From a virus: a stretch of 64,000 nucleotides of DNA. Position 1 is the first letter of the stretch. The number at the start of each line of letters is the position of its first letter. Position numbers and translations under genes: made by a program. The stretch lies in IMG/VR virus record IMGVR_UViG_3300030451_005783, one strand, 5' to 3'. The notes under the pieces were generated by a model. It did not search any database. It was not told the DNA's origin and saw only the letters and a list, made by a program, of their open reading frames with translations. Positions 9,553 to 18,282 of this stretch are shown piece by piece.

Positions 9553-9873
9553 ATGTCAGATCCGAATACTTTAGGTCACTTTTTTGAAAATTTTACTACA
9601 TCTATGCTTAGCATAGTGATTGCTTTGGTGGGATTTTGGACAACATTTATTAAAAATTTGGTCACAAGAAAGGACGTAGAGAACATGCTTGCAACACATC
9701 TAGAGTCTAGCCAGTATGCCAAAGACAGGCAATTTATTATGGAAAGATTAAACACTCATAAAGAAGATACAAGTATTTTATTTAGAGCGTTGGAAAAGAA
9801 TACAGAAGTTATGAATGATCTTAAAATACAAATAGCTACGTTAGCCAAAGCCATAGAAACACTCGAAAACTAA
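9553..9873 (+). CDS. Single-TM plus coiled-coil protein (holin/XhlA-like?)
   Basis: GGAG 9543-9546 then ATG 9553; hydrophobic SMLSIVIALVGFWTTFI; heptad-like C-terminus. Confidence 0.55.
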   Translation: MSDPNTLGHFFENFTTSMLSIVIALVGFWTTFIKNLVTRKDVENMLATHLESSQYAKDRQFIMERLNTHKEDTSILFRALEKNTEVMNDLKIQIATLAKAIETLEN

Positions 9874-9886
9874 ATGGATAATAATT

Positions 9887-10702
9887 ATGACTAGAATATT
9901 TTTAAGAAGAGGTACCGCGTCAGATTTAAGTACTGTAGTATTAGCCACGGGTGAAGCTGCATATGCAACAGATACTAAAACTTTAAAGCTGGGTGATGGC
10001 ACCACGGCCTTTGCTAGTCTAAGTGGTTTAACAGGAGGTGCTGGTGGAGGAGCTTCTGCTTTTACAGCACTGTCAGACACTCCTGCTAACTTTACCTCTG
10101 CTGGAGGCAAATTTGTTAAAGTTAATTCTGGTGCTAGTGCTTTAGAGTTCGTAGCTAGCAGTAGTGGTGGTAGTGGTATTAGTGAAGTTGTTGAAGATAC
10201 AACTCCACAGCTAGGCGGTAATTTAGATCTTAATAGTAAGGATCTTACCGGCACTGGTGATATTAATATTACAGGGTCTGGTATTTTCTCAGGCAAAATA
10301 CAGGCTGGTAGCATTGTCAAAACAGGTGGCTCATCATCTCAATTCTTAAAGGGTGATGGTAGCGTTGACTCAACTACTTATCTAAGTTCTCATCCAACTA
10401 TAGCTAATGCTGCGTCAAGTTCTGATAACAGTGGCAGAACATATATTCAAGATATTATTTTAGATAGTCATGGACATGTAACAGGTGTAGCAACAGCAAC
10501 AGAAACTGTAACAGACACAAACACAACATATACTGCTGGCAGTGGCTTAGAACTATCTGGAACCACTTTTAATGCTACACTGGTTAGTGATACTGGTGTT
10601 GCTGGTGGTGGTAGTGCTGTGATGAATATAGTTACTATAGGATCAGGAGCCTACACTGCCCTAAGTAGTAAAAATGCTAATACCCTATACTTTATAACAT
10701 AA
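9887..10702 (+). CDS. Tail fibre / receptor-binding-like mosaic protein (Mtd N-terminal-like domain)
   Basis: RIFLRRGT...LATGEAAYATDTKTLKLGDG; EDTTPQLGGNLD; SQFLKGDGS; TTYTAGSGL; KNANTLYFIT. Confidence 0.6.
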   Translation: MTRIFLRRGTASDLSTVVLATGEAAYATDTKTLKLGDGTTAFASLSGLTGGAGGGASAFTALSDTPANFTSAGGKFVKVNSGASALEFVASSSGGSGISEVVEDTTPQLGGNLDLNSKDLTGTGDINITGSGIFSGKIQAGSIVKTGGSSSQFLKGDGSVDSTTYLSSHPTIANAASSSDNSGRTYIQDIILDSHGHVTGVATATETVTDTNTTYTAGSGLELSGTTFNATLVSDTGVAGGGSAVMNIVTIGSGAYTALSSKNANTLYFIT

Positions 10703-10707
10703 TTATT

Positions 10708-10917
10708 ATGAGTAGTAAAGATTTATTTAAAAAAATATTTTGGAAAACAAAAAAGGAAATAGACACAAAAGTACAGTCTGTTGATGAAGACGTTACATAT
10801 AAAACAGCAGCATACCCAGAATTAGGCACTACAGACGTAACCAAAGTCTATATAGGAAGTACTCAAGTAAAACAAATCAAACTAGGAACAACGCCCGTTT
10901 ATGATGTGAATGATTAG
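10708..10917 (+). CDS. Small fibre-associated protein
   Basis: 69 aa; KVYIGSTQVKQIKLGTTPVY resembles short genes that follow phage fibres. Confidence 0.5.
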   Translation: MSSKDLFKKIFWKTKKEIDTKVQSVDEDVTYKTAAYPELGTTDVTKVYIGSTQVKQIKLGTTPVYDVND

Positions 10918-10920
10918 TAT

Positions 10921-10933
10921 TGGTGTATATTAA
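10921..10933 (+). promoter_or_regulatory. Putative phage promoter motif, copy 3 (TGGTGTATATTAA)
   Basis: Intergenic; 41 nt before ATG 10975. Confidence 0.5.
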
Positions 10934-10974
10934 AATAGCTTTTAAATATTAACCATTTTACTGAGGCATTCACT

Positions 10975-11196
10975 ATGGCAACTTCTGATGTTTTAAGAGA
11001 CAATACAATACGACAAGGATCAATAGTCACACAGCCTAGCCATTCAGCTGCTTTTTCTGCGGTTAAAGCTAATAGAACACGCAATGACTTTCCTTTAACC
11101 CAACCAGTAGCCACAACTATTGAAACAAAATACACAGACAGATTTGATGATAAAGGTTATTATTTTAGTCCAGATGTTATAGACGGTAATCCATAA
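10975..11196 (+). CDS. Hypothetical protein
   Basis: 73 aa; GAGG upstream; TAATG overlap with the next gene. Confidence 0.6.
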   Translation: MATSDVLRDNTIRQGSIVTQPSHSAAFSAVKANRTRNDFPLTQPVATTIETKYTDRFDDKGYYFSPDVIDGNP

Positions 11197-11657
11197 TGAA
11201 AACTCCAGGATATAAGACTAGTGAATTTTGGTTCACCTTAGTTAGTTTTATATTTAGTGGTTTATTTTTGTTTGGTATTATTACAGACAGCGATACAAAA
11301 GATACACTTATAACAGTTGTAACACATGCTGTAGAATCTATTATTTTAATTGGTGGACAAACCGCTATATTTTATAGATACATACAGGGTAGGAATAGAG
11401 AAAAGGCTTCGCGTGAACACCGTAGAGAATTAGAAGATTATATAGGTGTTGACAAAGAATATAGTACGATTAATATAAATACAGCTACCTTGGGTGAATT
11501 AATCCAACTACCACACATTGGGCCTTCTACTGCTGAAAAAATTATACAGTATAGAAGAGAAAATGGTGGTTTTGAATATGTTGAACAACTGATAGATATA
11601 AACGGTATTGGTGGAGCTACATATAAAGATATACAACCATACATCACATTATACTAA
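11196..11657 (+). CDS. Two-TM (holin-like) domain fused to ComEA-type helix-hairpin-helix domain
   Basis: KTPGYKTSEFW plus two hydrophobic helices; ININTATLGELIQLPHIGPSTAEKIIQYRRENGGF...INGIG. Confidence 0.75.
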   Translation: MKTPGYKTSEFWFTLVSFIFSGLFLFGIITDSDTKDTLITVVTHAVESIILIGGQTAIFYRYIQGRNREKASREHRRELEDYIGVDKEYSTININTATLGELIQLPHIGPSTAEKIIQYRRENGGFEYVEQLIDINGIGGATYKDIQPYITLY

Positions 11658-11666
11658 GGGATAATA

Positions 11667-12056
11667 ATGAGTGAAGAAAAAGAATTGATTCATGGCGAAG
11701 TAGATGAGTTAACAGATAAGCTAAAAGAAGGTTTAGATGATGTCAAAAGGTTTGCTGTTAGTGAAGCTTGGAAAATTCTACAACTAGCCACAGCAAATAT
11801 TATTCAAATTATCGAAAAAATTGGCACAGACCTGAGTGGTCCAGAAAAAAAGAAAGTGGCCTTAAATGCTATTTCTATTTTTTATGACAAGGTATTTACA
11901 TCAGTAGACATACCTATGATTCCTAATTTTTTAGAACCACTATTCCATAAGTCTGTTAAAGCATTTTTGATGATATTGGTAGGATCGACCATTGATGCGT
12001 TAGTTACCACATTTAGAGAAACCGGAATATTTATTAAGAAAAAAGTAGAGGGGTGA
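11667..12056 (+). CDS. Hypothetical protein, weakly LL-H-holin-like
   Basis: LSGPEKKKVAL motif; hydrophobic C-terminal helix. Confidence 0.45.
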   Translation: MSEEKELIHGEVDELTDKLKEGLDDVKRFAVSEAWKILQLATANIIQIIEKIGTDLSGPEKKKVALNAISIFYDKVFTSVDIPMIPNFLEPLFHKSVKAFLMILVGSTIDALVTTFRETGIFIKKKVEG

Positions 12057-12057
12057 T

Positions 12058-12426
12058 ATGAATTTTACAGAAAGTTTTAATGAGTTTAGTTCTAAATTAA
12101 GCACAATGGATTTGGCTTTATATGCTGGGGCTGGTATTATTATATGGGTTTTATTTAAGGACAAACTTAGCCCTGTACAAAAAGTAATTATGGATTTGAT
12201 TGATAAGATTAAAAGTAAAACTGGTTCTTCTACGGTAGTGGTCAAAGTACCACCTGTAGTTAAAAATTCTAAGACAGAAAATTTGTTTTTCGATTTAGTA
12301 GTTTCTTGGAAGCAAACTAGAGACTTAGCAGAAAAAAGTGGATGTAAAAAAGCTGTAGAGGTAGCAGACACCATGTTTCCTTATCTAAGCCCAACAGTAT
12401 GCGGAGATGAAACAGATGCAGAATAA
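12058..12426 (+). CDS. Membrane-anchored hypothetical protein
   Basis: TM LALYAGAGIIIWVLF; GAGGG upstream. Confidence 0.6.
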   Translation: MNFTESFNEFSSKLSTMDLALYAGAGIIIWVLFKDKLSPVQKVIMDLIDKIKSKTGSSTVVVKVPPVVKNSKTENLFFDLVVSWKQTRDLAEKSGCKKAVEVADTMFPYLSPTVCGDETDAE

Positions 12427-12916
12427 AATACTACTAGCTATTGGAGCAATATTAGTCTTGTTGGGTATTTTCCAGCCAGATCTAGGCAATTTAGTAAAGC
12501 CTGTTCCTTCTGTCGTAGGTGTGGAATCGTATGTTACTGATGCTCCTTCTGATACAACACTGCTAGAAAAAGCCAGAGTCGTAAGTGATATATTGCAAGA
12601 TTCAGATGATTCTACCAGAAATAGTGATGCCTTAAAGCTATCTTGCCTGTATGCAGACATGGCCACACTTATTGAATTAGATGGAGAAGATCAGGTTATC
12701 AAAAACACTAACGCTATTAGAGAAGTCAATTCTATAGCTGGTAAAATGCTTAGGCTGGATATTAAGGATAAATACCCTAATCTAGCAGAGGCCGCACAAG
12801 AACTCGTTGTTGCTGCTGTAGGCAATGATGATGTGGTTCTTGATGATAGTCTTAGAAGTAAATCTGCTGAAGCATTCAGGGCTTTAAGTTGGGCTTTTTA
12901 TCAAGGTAGTAAATAA
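12416..12916 (+). CDS. Signal-anchor hypothetical protein
   Basis: GGAG 12403-12406 favours ATG 12416; ILLAIGAILVLLGIF. Confidence 0.6.
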   Translation: MQNKILLAIGAILVLLGIFQPDLGNLVKPVPSVVGVESYVTDAPSDTTLLEKARVVSDILQDSDDSTRNSDALKLSCLYADMATLIELDGEDQVIKNTNAIREVNSIAGKMLRLDIKDKYPNLAEAAQELVVAAVGNDDVVLDDSLRSKSAEAFRALSWAFYQGSK

Positions 12917-13842
12917 TGGCAAGAATGACACCTGAACAGTTATATAATGAATATAGAAAAGGATTTTCTGGTTGCTTGTGGGAGCAACATGTTTATGATG
13001 ATTTAATTGCAACTTCTAAGTATGCATATTTTAAAGAGGGTGCTAAAAAAATTAAGGACAGCGGTAAAGGCAAACTGTCCATTCCATTTAGGTCAGTTTT
13101 AAAATTTGATAAAAACGCATATATAGAACGACAGACTACAGGTGACTGCGTATCACATGCCACTAGAAATGCTTGCGATTTAACAAGAGCAGTAGAAATA
13201 GACGTTAAGGGTGATAGAGAAAGCTGGATAGCCAGAGGTGCAACAGAAGCTATATATGGCGCTAGAGGTCATACTGGTCAAGGTATGAGTTGCAGTCGTG
13301 CTGCTACATTTGTTAGTCAAACCGGCGGCGTATTAGTTCGCAAAAATTATCCCGGTGTTGCGGACTTTAGTAGATATAACAGTAAGATAGGTACGAATTG
13401 GGGTGGCCGTGGAGTACCAGATAAAGTCTTAGACAAAGCAGATGATCATCAAATTAAAACCACATCTCTAATTCGTACTGTAGAGGAAGCTAGAGATGCG
13501 TTAGCTAATGGGTATGGTTTAAGTGTATGCTCTAATTATGGATTTTCTAATAAGCGTAGTAGTACGGGATTTGCTCGTAAAAGTGGGTCTTGGGCTCACG
13601 CAATGGCATGGATAGCTTGTGACGACACAGGCAAAGAACCAGCCTTTCTTGTGCAAAATAGCTGGGGTAAATGGAACTCTGGCGGCCATCCAGAATGGGG
13701 ACCTATCCCAGACGGGTCTTTTTTAATACATGCAGATGTAGCGGCTGGTATGTTGAGGCAAAATGGAGCTTATGCCTTTAGTGACTTTAACGGATTTCCT
13801 CCACAAAAACTTCCGGACTACGGTTTCGTAGATTACTTATGA
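12916..13842 (+). CDS. Papain-like (C1A) cysteine peptidase
   Basis: QTTGDCVSHA (oxyanion Gln, catalytic Cys), WAHAMAWI (His), VQNSWG (Asn). Confidence 0.8.
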   Translation: MARMTPEQLYNEYRKGFSGCLWEQHVYDDLIATSKYAYFKEGAKKIKDSGKGKLSIPFRSVLKFDKNAYIERQTTGDCVSHATRNACDLTRAVEIDVKGDRESWIARGATEAIYGARGHTGQGMSCSRAATFVSQTGGVLVRKNYPGVADFSRYNSKIGTNWGGRGVPDKVLDKADDHQIKTTSLIRTVEEARDALANGYGLSVCSNYGFSNKRSSTGFARKSGSWAHAMAWIACDDTGKEPAFLVQNSWGKWNSGGHPEWGPIPDGSFLIHADVAAGMLRQNGAYAFSDFNGFPPQKLPDYGFVDYL

Positions 13843-14021
13843 CAGACAATAAAAAAGACGATGGTTATAAAGGATTTCTAGACATGCTGGCTATTAATCA
13901 GCTAGTGCGTATATTAACCGATTTTATTTTAGCTATTATAAAACTATTTAATCCTCATATAAAAGTAGAGGAACCTAAAAAGAGACCATTAAAAGATTTG
14001 TTAGACAGGTGGTTTAAATGA
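13839..14021 (+). CDS. Small hypothetical membrane protein
   Basis: 60 aa; ATGA overlaps on both sides. Confidence 0.5.
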   Translation: MTDNKKDDGYKGFLDMLAINQLVRILTDFILAIIKLFNPHIKVEEPKKRPLKDLLDRWFK

Positions 14022-14284
14022 ATAAAGTATTGCTTGCTACTGTTGCTGCTGCTTTAGTGTTTTCAACCACACCTAACTATAGCACTACGTCTGTTGTTAC
14101 TCTTTCAGGAGCAATTATTAAAGCCTCTAGTGCTAGTGTAGTTAAAAAACATAAACGCAAGGATTGTCCTGTTTGTAAAGGTAAAGGATGGTATATCAGT
14201 GGTGATGGCATTAAAAAGATTGACTGCCAATATTGTGAACCAGAAGAATCAGAAAAACAAATCAGTAATATAATCTATAGATAA
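14018..14284 (+). CDS. Signal-peptide protein with DnaJ-type zinc-finger repeat
   Basis: Hydrophobic N-terminus; CPVCKGKG...CQYC. Confidence 0.6.
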   Translation: MNKVLLATVAAALVFSTTPNYSTTSVVTLSGAIIKASSASVVKKHKRKDCPVCKGKGWYISGDGIKKIDCQYCEPEESEKQISNIIYR

Positions 14285-14286
14285 TC

Positions 14287-15099
14287 ATGTTACGCTGCAT
14301 AAGCTACTATTTTAATCCTAATAATTCTGAAAAGATTAGGCAGGATTTTAAAAATTTTAAAGATAACTTTAATGGACCACTCATTGTAGCTGAGGTTGCA
14401 TTTGAGGATCAATCTTTCTGGATAGATGATTCTATTAGAATACAAGCCAACGATAGTAATCGTATGTGGCAAGGTCACAGGCTGATAAACATTGCACTAC
14501 AATCATTGCCCACTAATATAGATAAAGTGGCTTGGGTCAATCCTAATATTATTATGGAAAATTTTGCTTGGGCTAGGAATACTTCTGAGCTTTTGGATTT
14601 TTTCCCAGTAACACAATTATGCTCTTATGTAGATGATGACAATCTAGCATATGTAATTAAATCTAAACAACATGCAGACTATGATATTAAAGTAAATAAT
14701 CAAGCCGAAAGAATAGGTAGATACGATGTAGGCTGGGCTGCACAAAGAAGTCAATTACCTCAAGGCGTATTTGACTTTGGTATTGAAGGATCGTGTGATA
14801 TATATCAACTATTAAGTTGGCAGGGTGCTTGGGATAATAGGTATTTTATGAGATTGGACCCTGAAGTAAGAATGCAAATTATGCAAAAAACTATGGACGA
14901 TTTTATGGTAGTCAAAAATAATATTGGATTTATTGATGGAAACATTAATACACTAAGTGAATCTAGAACAAACCATTACGATATATTAAATCAACACAAT
15001 TTTAATATTGAGCAGGATATACAATTAGACGAAAACGGCCTGTGGCAATGGGCTAGTGATAAAACAGATTTTCATAAGGATATTGCTGACATTCTGTAG
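14287..15099 (+). CDS. GT-A-like protein, paralog of the next gene, lacking DxD
   Basis: Aligns by eye with 15107..15952; VAWVNPNII in place of VVWVDGDII. Confidence 0.6.
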   Translation: MLRCISYYFNPNNSEKIRQDFKNFKDNFNGPLIVAEVAFEDQSFWIDDSIRIQANDSNRMWQGHRLINIALQSLPTNIDKVAWVNPNIIMENFAWARNTSELLDFFPVTQLCSYVDDDNLAYVIKSKQHADYDIKVNNQAERIGRYDVGWAAQRSQLPQGVFDFGIEGSCDIYQLLSWQGAWDNRYFMRLDPEVRMQIMQKTMDDFMVVKNNIGFIDGNINTLSESRTNHYDILNQHNFNIEQDIQLDENGLWQWASDKTDFHKDIADIL

Positions 15100-15106
15100 G
15101 TGATGT

Positions 15107-15952
15107 GTGAGTATAGAGTTTATTACCACATACTTTAATTTTACAAACTCTGCTAGAATTAAAGATAATTACATTAAGTTTCGTCAAAATTTCCCCTACA
15201 AAATTCACACCGCTGAAGTAGCTTTAGACAATCAGAAGTTTTTTATAGACGACAGTGTTAAATTTCAAGCAAATGCTAATAATATAGCTTGGCAGAAAGA
15301 GCGTCTTTTAAATGTATTGATAGATGATTTACCTAACGCGACAGATATAGTAGTGTGGGTTGATGGCGATATTATATTTAATAATAATAACTTACTAAAA
15401 GATATAGATATAGTTTTAAACGAATACCCTGTAGCACAATCCTTTGAAAATGTGTTTGAGCATAGTAACAATAGCACACATAATAATATGTCTTTTGCTA
15501 AAGATTATTTAAATACTGACAAACAAGATTGGCCAGCCGTAGGATTTAGTTGGTCAATCAGAAAAGAGGTTATAGATAATGGATTGTTCGATAGTGACAT
15601 ATTAGGTAATAATGATTCTTTACAACTAATAGCATGGCTGGGTTGGTGGGATCATCAACAGGTATTAGTTTTACCACCATATTTGCGAAAACAGTATCTA
15701 CTATGGGCAATCAATAACAATAAAAATGTTCAAGGCAAGATTGGGTGTATTAAAGGAAGTATAGAGCATTTATATCATGGAAATGCCGCGAATAGACAAT
15801 ATTGGAACAAGAATAAAATTCTACAAAAACATTCATATAATCCTTATACAGACATAAGTATTAAACGAGGACTAATAGAACTACTGCCCAATAAACCAGA
15901 ATTACACAAAGATATATATAAATATTTTATAGACAGAAAAGACGATGAGTAA
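15107..15952 (+). CDS. GT-A-fold glycosyltransferase-like protein
   Basis: GTG start; WQKERLLN; IVVWVDGDIIF (DxD); IEHLYHG. Confidence 0.65.
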   Translation: MSIEFITTYFNFTNSARIKDNYIKFRQNFPYKIHTAEVALDNQKFFIDDSVKFQANANNIAWQKERLLNVLIDDLPNATDIVVWVDGDIIFNNNNLLKDIDIVLNEYPVAQSFENVFEHSNNSTHNNMSFAKDYLNTDKQDWPAVGFSWSIRKEVIDNGLFDSDILGNNDSLQLIAWLGWWDHQQVLVLPPYLRKQYLLWAINNNKNVQGKIGCIKGSIEHLYHGNAANRQYWNKNKILQKHSYNPYTDISIKRGLIELLPNKPELHKDIYKYFIDRKDDE

Positions 15953-16178
15953 CGAAGAATTATATAATGAAATTTTAAATGCAACAGAAAATAATATTGA
16001 TATGGATATAGTGTATAATACTGCAGGGTATGCTCCTGTTGCTGGTACTAATACTGGGGGCTATCCTCCAACAGTAGTGGGTGGCGGTCCTGCCGTTAAA
16101 GCAAAAGCAAAAATTGCAGGTGATGGCACGCTTAATACTCAGGTTAGAGGTGGTAAATTTTATATTAGAATCACTTAG
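15945..16178 (+). CDS. Small Gly/Pro-rich hypothetical protein
   Basis: 77 aa, overlaps the upstream stop. Confidence 0.5.
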   Translation: MSNEELYNEILNATENNIDMDIVYNTAGYAPVAGTNTGGYPPTVVGGGPAVKAKAKIAGDGTLNTQVRGGKFYIRIT

Positions 16179-16188
16179 AGGTGTTGCT

Positions 16189-16575
16189 ATGAATGAACTA
16201 GAAAAACTTGCAGAACAAATTGCTGTAGATTCTGACATAGACCCCCAAGCTAAGTTTGGTAGCGTAATAGCTGTAATCATGCTCATTGGGGTGTTTCTTA
16301 CTTTAATTAGGGTTATCCAAGATTGCAATAAGTCAGAATTAAAAGTCTTAGATAATGAAGAACAAAAATGTACAGCTTATGCTAGTCATATTAAAAACCT
16401 AAGTATTAGACGAGGGTGGTTTACTAAAATGAGACTAAAGAAAATTTTAAGACAAAATATGCCCATGGAAGATTACAGAAAACATGGAGGTGTTTTGTGT
16501 GAAAAAATATTGGATGCTGCAACTAATTTGAATCATAACCAAGTTCATTCTTTAATAGAGGTAAGTAATGTTTAG
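16189..16575 (+). CDS. Hypothetical membrane protein
   Basis: GAGGTG then ATG 16189 (track start 16081 overlaps the upstream gene); TM SVIAVIMLIGVFLTLI. Confidence 0.6.
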   Translation: MNELEKLAEQIAVDSDIDPQAKFGSVIAVIMLIGVFLTLIRVIQDCNKSELKVLDNEEQKCTAYASHIKNLSIRRGWFTKMRLKKILRQNMPMEDYRKHGGVLCEKILDAATNLNHNQVHSLIEVSNV

Positions 16576-16816
16576 TTTATTAATATGGTGTGTTTATGGT
16601 GTTTTTGTAGGCTCTATAGCTAAAAGCATAGTTCCTGGCGAAGAAAGACTAGGGTTTTTTCAAACTATAGCCTTGGGCGTAGCAGGCTCATACTGTGGTG
16701 GAGCCGCGTCTTATTTACTGGGTTTTCATAGTGCGTTAGAGCCAGCAGGAATTTTTATGGGGATAGGTGGTGGCATTGTTGCTCTTTTAGTTTATAATAA
16801 ACTAACTAAGAGTTAA
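16568..16816 (+). CDS. GlsB/YeaQ/YmgE (transglycosylase-associated) membrane protein
   Basis: 82 aa, three hydrophobic helices, GSIAKSIVPG...TIALGVAGSYCGG. Confidence 0.75.
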   Translation: MFSLLIWCVYGVFVGSIAKSIVPGEERLGFFQTIALGVAGSYCGGAASYLLGFHSALEPAGIFMGIGGGIVALLVYNKLTKS

Positions 16817-16838
16817 CTCGCCTCCATACAGGATTATA

Positions 16839-17744
16839 ATGTCAAGACCAATAGCTGTATATGCATATAATCGTCCAGATTATTTAAAGCAAGTGTTAGA
16901 ATCATTAAAACCTCAAGTCAAGGATGCTGAGGTTTTTTTGTTTCAAGACGGCCCAAGGATTATGACCGACGACAAACTTAAAGTTAAAGAGAGTGTCTCT
17001 GTATTCCAAGAATACTTTCCAGACCAAACAGTTTTGGAAAGCGAATGCAATCTGGGCGTAGCTTTTAATCAAAAACGTGCTAGAAATTTTATGTTAGATA
17101 GGCATGAGTCTGCTATTTTTATAGAAGATGATATTTTTATTAATGAGTATTATATTGAACAATTAAATTTATTAATGGATAAATTTCAAGACGAAAAAGA
17201 TGTAGCTGTTATTTCTTGTTTTGGCGAAAGTAATAGACATCCAGACATATTTCCTAGAATGAATCATCTAACAAAATATGACGATTGGAATAAATGTCAA
17301 GAACGCAATAAGCACAAATTTATGCAAGCTGAACATCTCTGGGCTTACGGTCTAACAAGACATGCATGGCATACAATTAGACCTGTTATGGAGGGCTATT
17401 ATGCTATGTTACCAGATGACTATAGAGGTAGACCACATCAACAAATTTTACAATACATAGACCAGTATGATATAGACCCCAACAAAACCGTAACAAGTCA
17501 AGACAGTGTTACTTGCGCATTCTTAATGCTGCATGATTTTATGAAGGTGTCTACATTTACCATGAACGCTAAATATATTGGTGTGTGGGGAGAACATAGC
17601 AACGCAGACCATTATGCTCAGAACTGGAAAGATATACAGCCTTACAATCAGTGGGTGTCGGAATTCACATGGGATTCAGAGATTAAAAAATCTATTAAAA
17701 ATTATTGCAAATCAAGATATTTAAAGGGTGAGTTTAATGATTGA
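16839..17744 (+). CDS. GT-A glycosyltransferase, GnT-I (GT13)/GT2-like
   Basis: IAVYAYNRPDYL, VFLFQDG, AIFIEDDIF. Confidence 0.7.
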   Translation: MSRPIAVYAYNRPDYLKQVLESLKPQVKDAEVFLFQDGPRIMTDDKLKVKESVSVFQEYFPDQTVLESECNLGVAFNQKRARNFMLDRHESAIFIEDDIFINEYYIEQLNLLMDKFQDEKDVAVISCFGESNRHPDIFPRMNHLTKYDDWNKCQERNKHKFMQAEHLWAYGLTRHAWHTIRPVMEGYYAMLPDDYRGRPHQQILQYIDQYDIDPNKTVTSQDSVTCAFLMLHDFMKVSTFTMNAKYIGVWGEHSNADHYAQNWKDIQPYNQWVSEFTWDSEIKKSIKNYCKSRYLKGEFND

Positions 17745-18282
17745 AGTTAGAAATACTGTTCAGTCTTTATTGGATAAATTTGATTTTGTTAATTGTATAG
17801 AAACTGGAACAATCAGAAGTTATGAGGAAAAACACGAAAGCACTAGACACATATCAGAAGTATTGCAAAATAAAGGACACTTAAAGTCTATTGACAATAG
17901 TGAAAAAAGCCTAGCTATTTCCAAGGACATATGCAAAAACGCTCCCAATGTAGAGTGGATTTTATCGGATTCTTTAGAATATTTAAAGCAAGACAAAGAC
18001 ATTTATCATTTTGTATTTTTAGATAGTGTGAATGACGCCAATCATATTTTAGAAGAGTTTAAATTAATTATAGATCGTATTCATGATGGTGGCATTTTAA
18101 TTATTGATGATTCAGGAATAAATATGCATCCCTTGGAACCTGCACAAAAAGGTATTGCTGTAGGTAATTTTTTGTATAATGCTAAAATAGAGTTTGGATT
18201 GCTTCAAGCTTCTCACTGTACACAACTGATACTACCAATCACTAAAGACACACAAGACAGAATTAAACAAGCACTACAATGA
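17737..18282 (+). CDS. Class I SAM-dependent methyltransferase
   Basis: IETGT, SIDNS, SDSLEYL, FVFLDS, GGILIIDD; ATG 17737 after AAGGG. Confidence 0.7.
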   Translation: MIEVRNTVQSLLDKFDFVNCIETGTIRSYEEKHESTRHISEVLQNKGHLKSIDNSEKSLAISKDICKNAPNVEWILSDSLEYLKQDKDIYHFVFLDSVNDANHILEEFKLIIDRIHDGGILIIDDSGINMHPLEPAQKGIAVGNFLYNAKIEFGLLQASHCTQLILPITKDTQDRIKQALQ

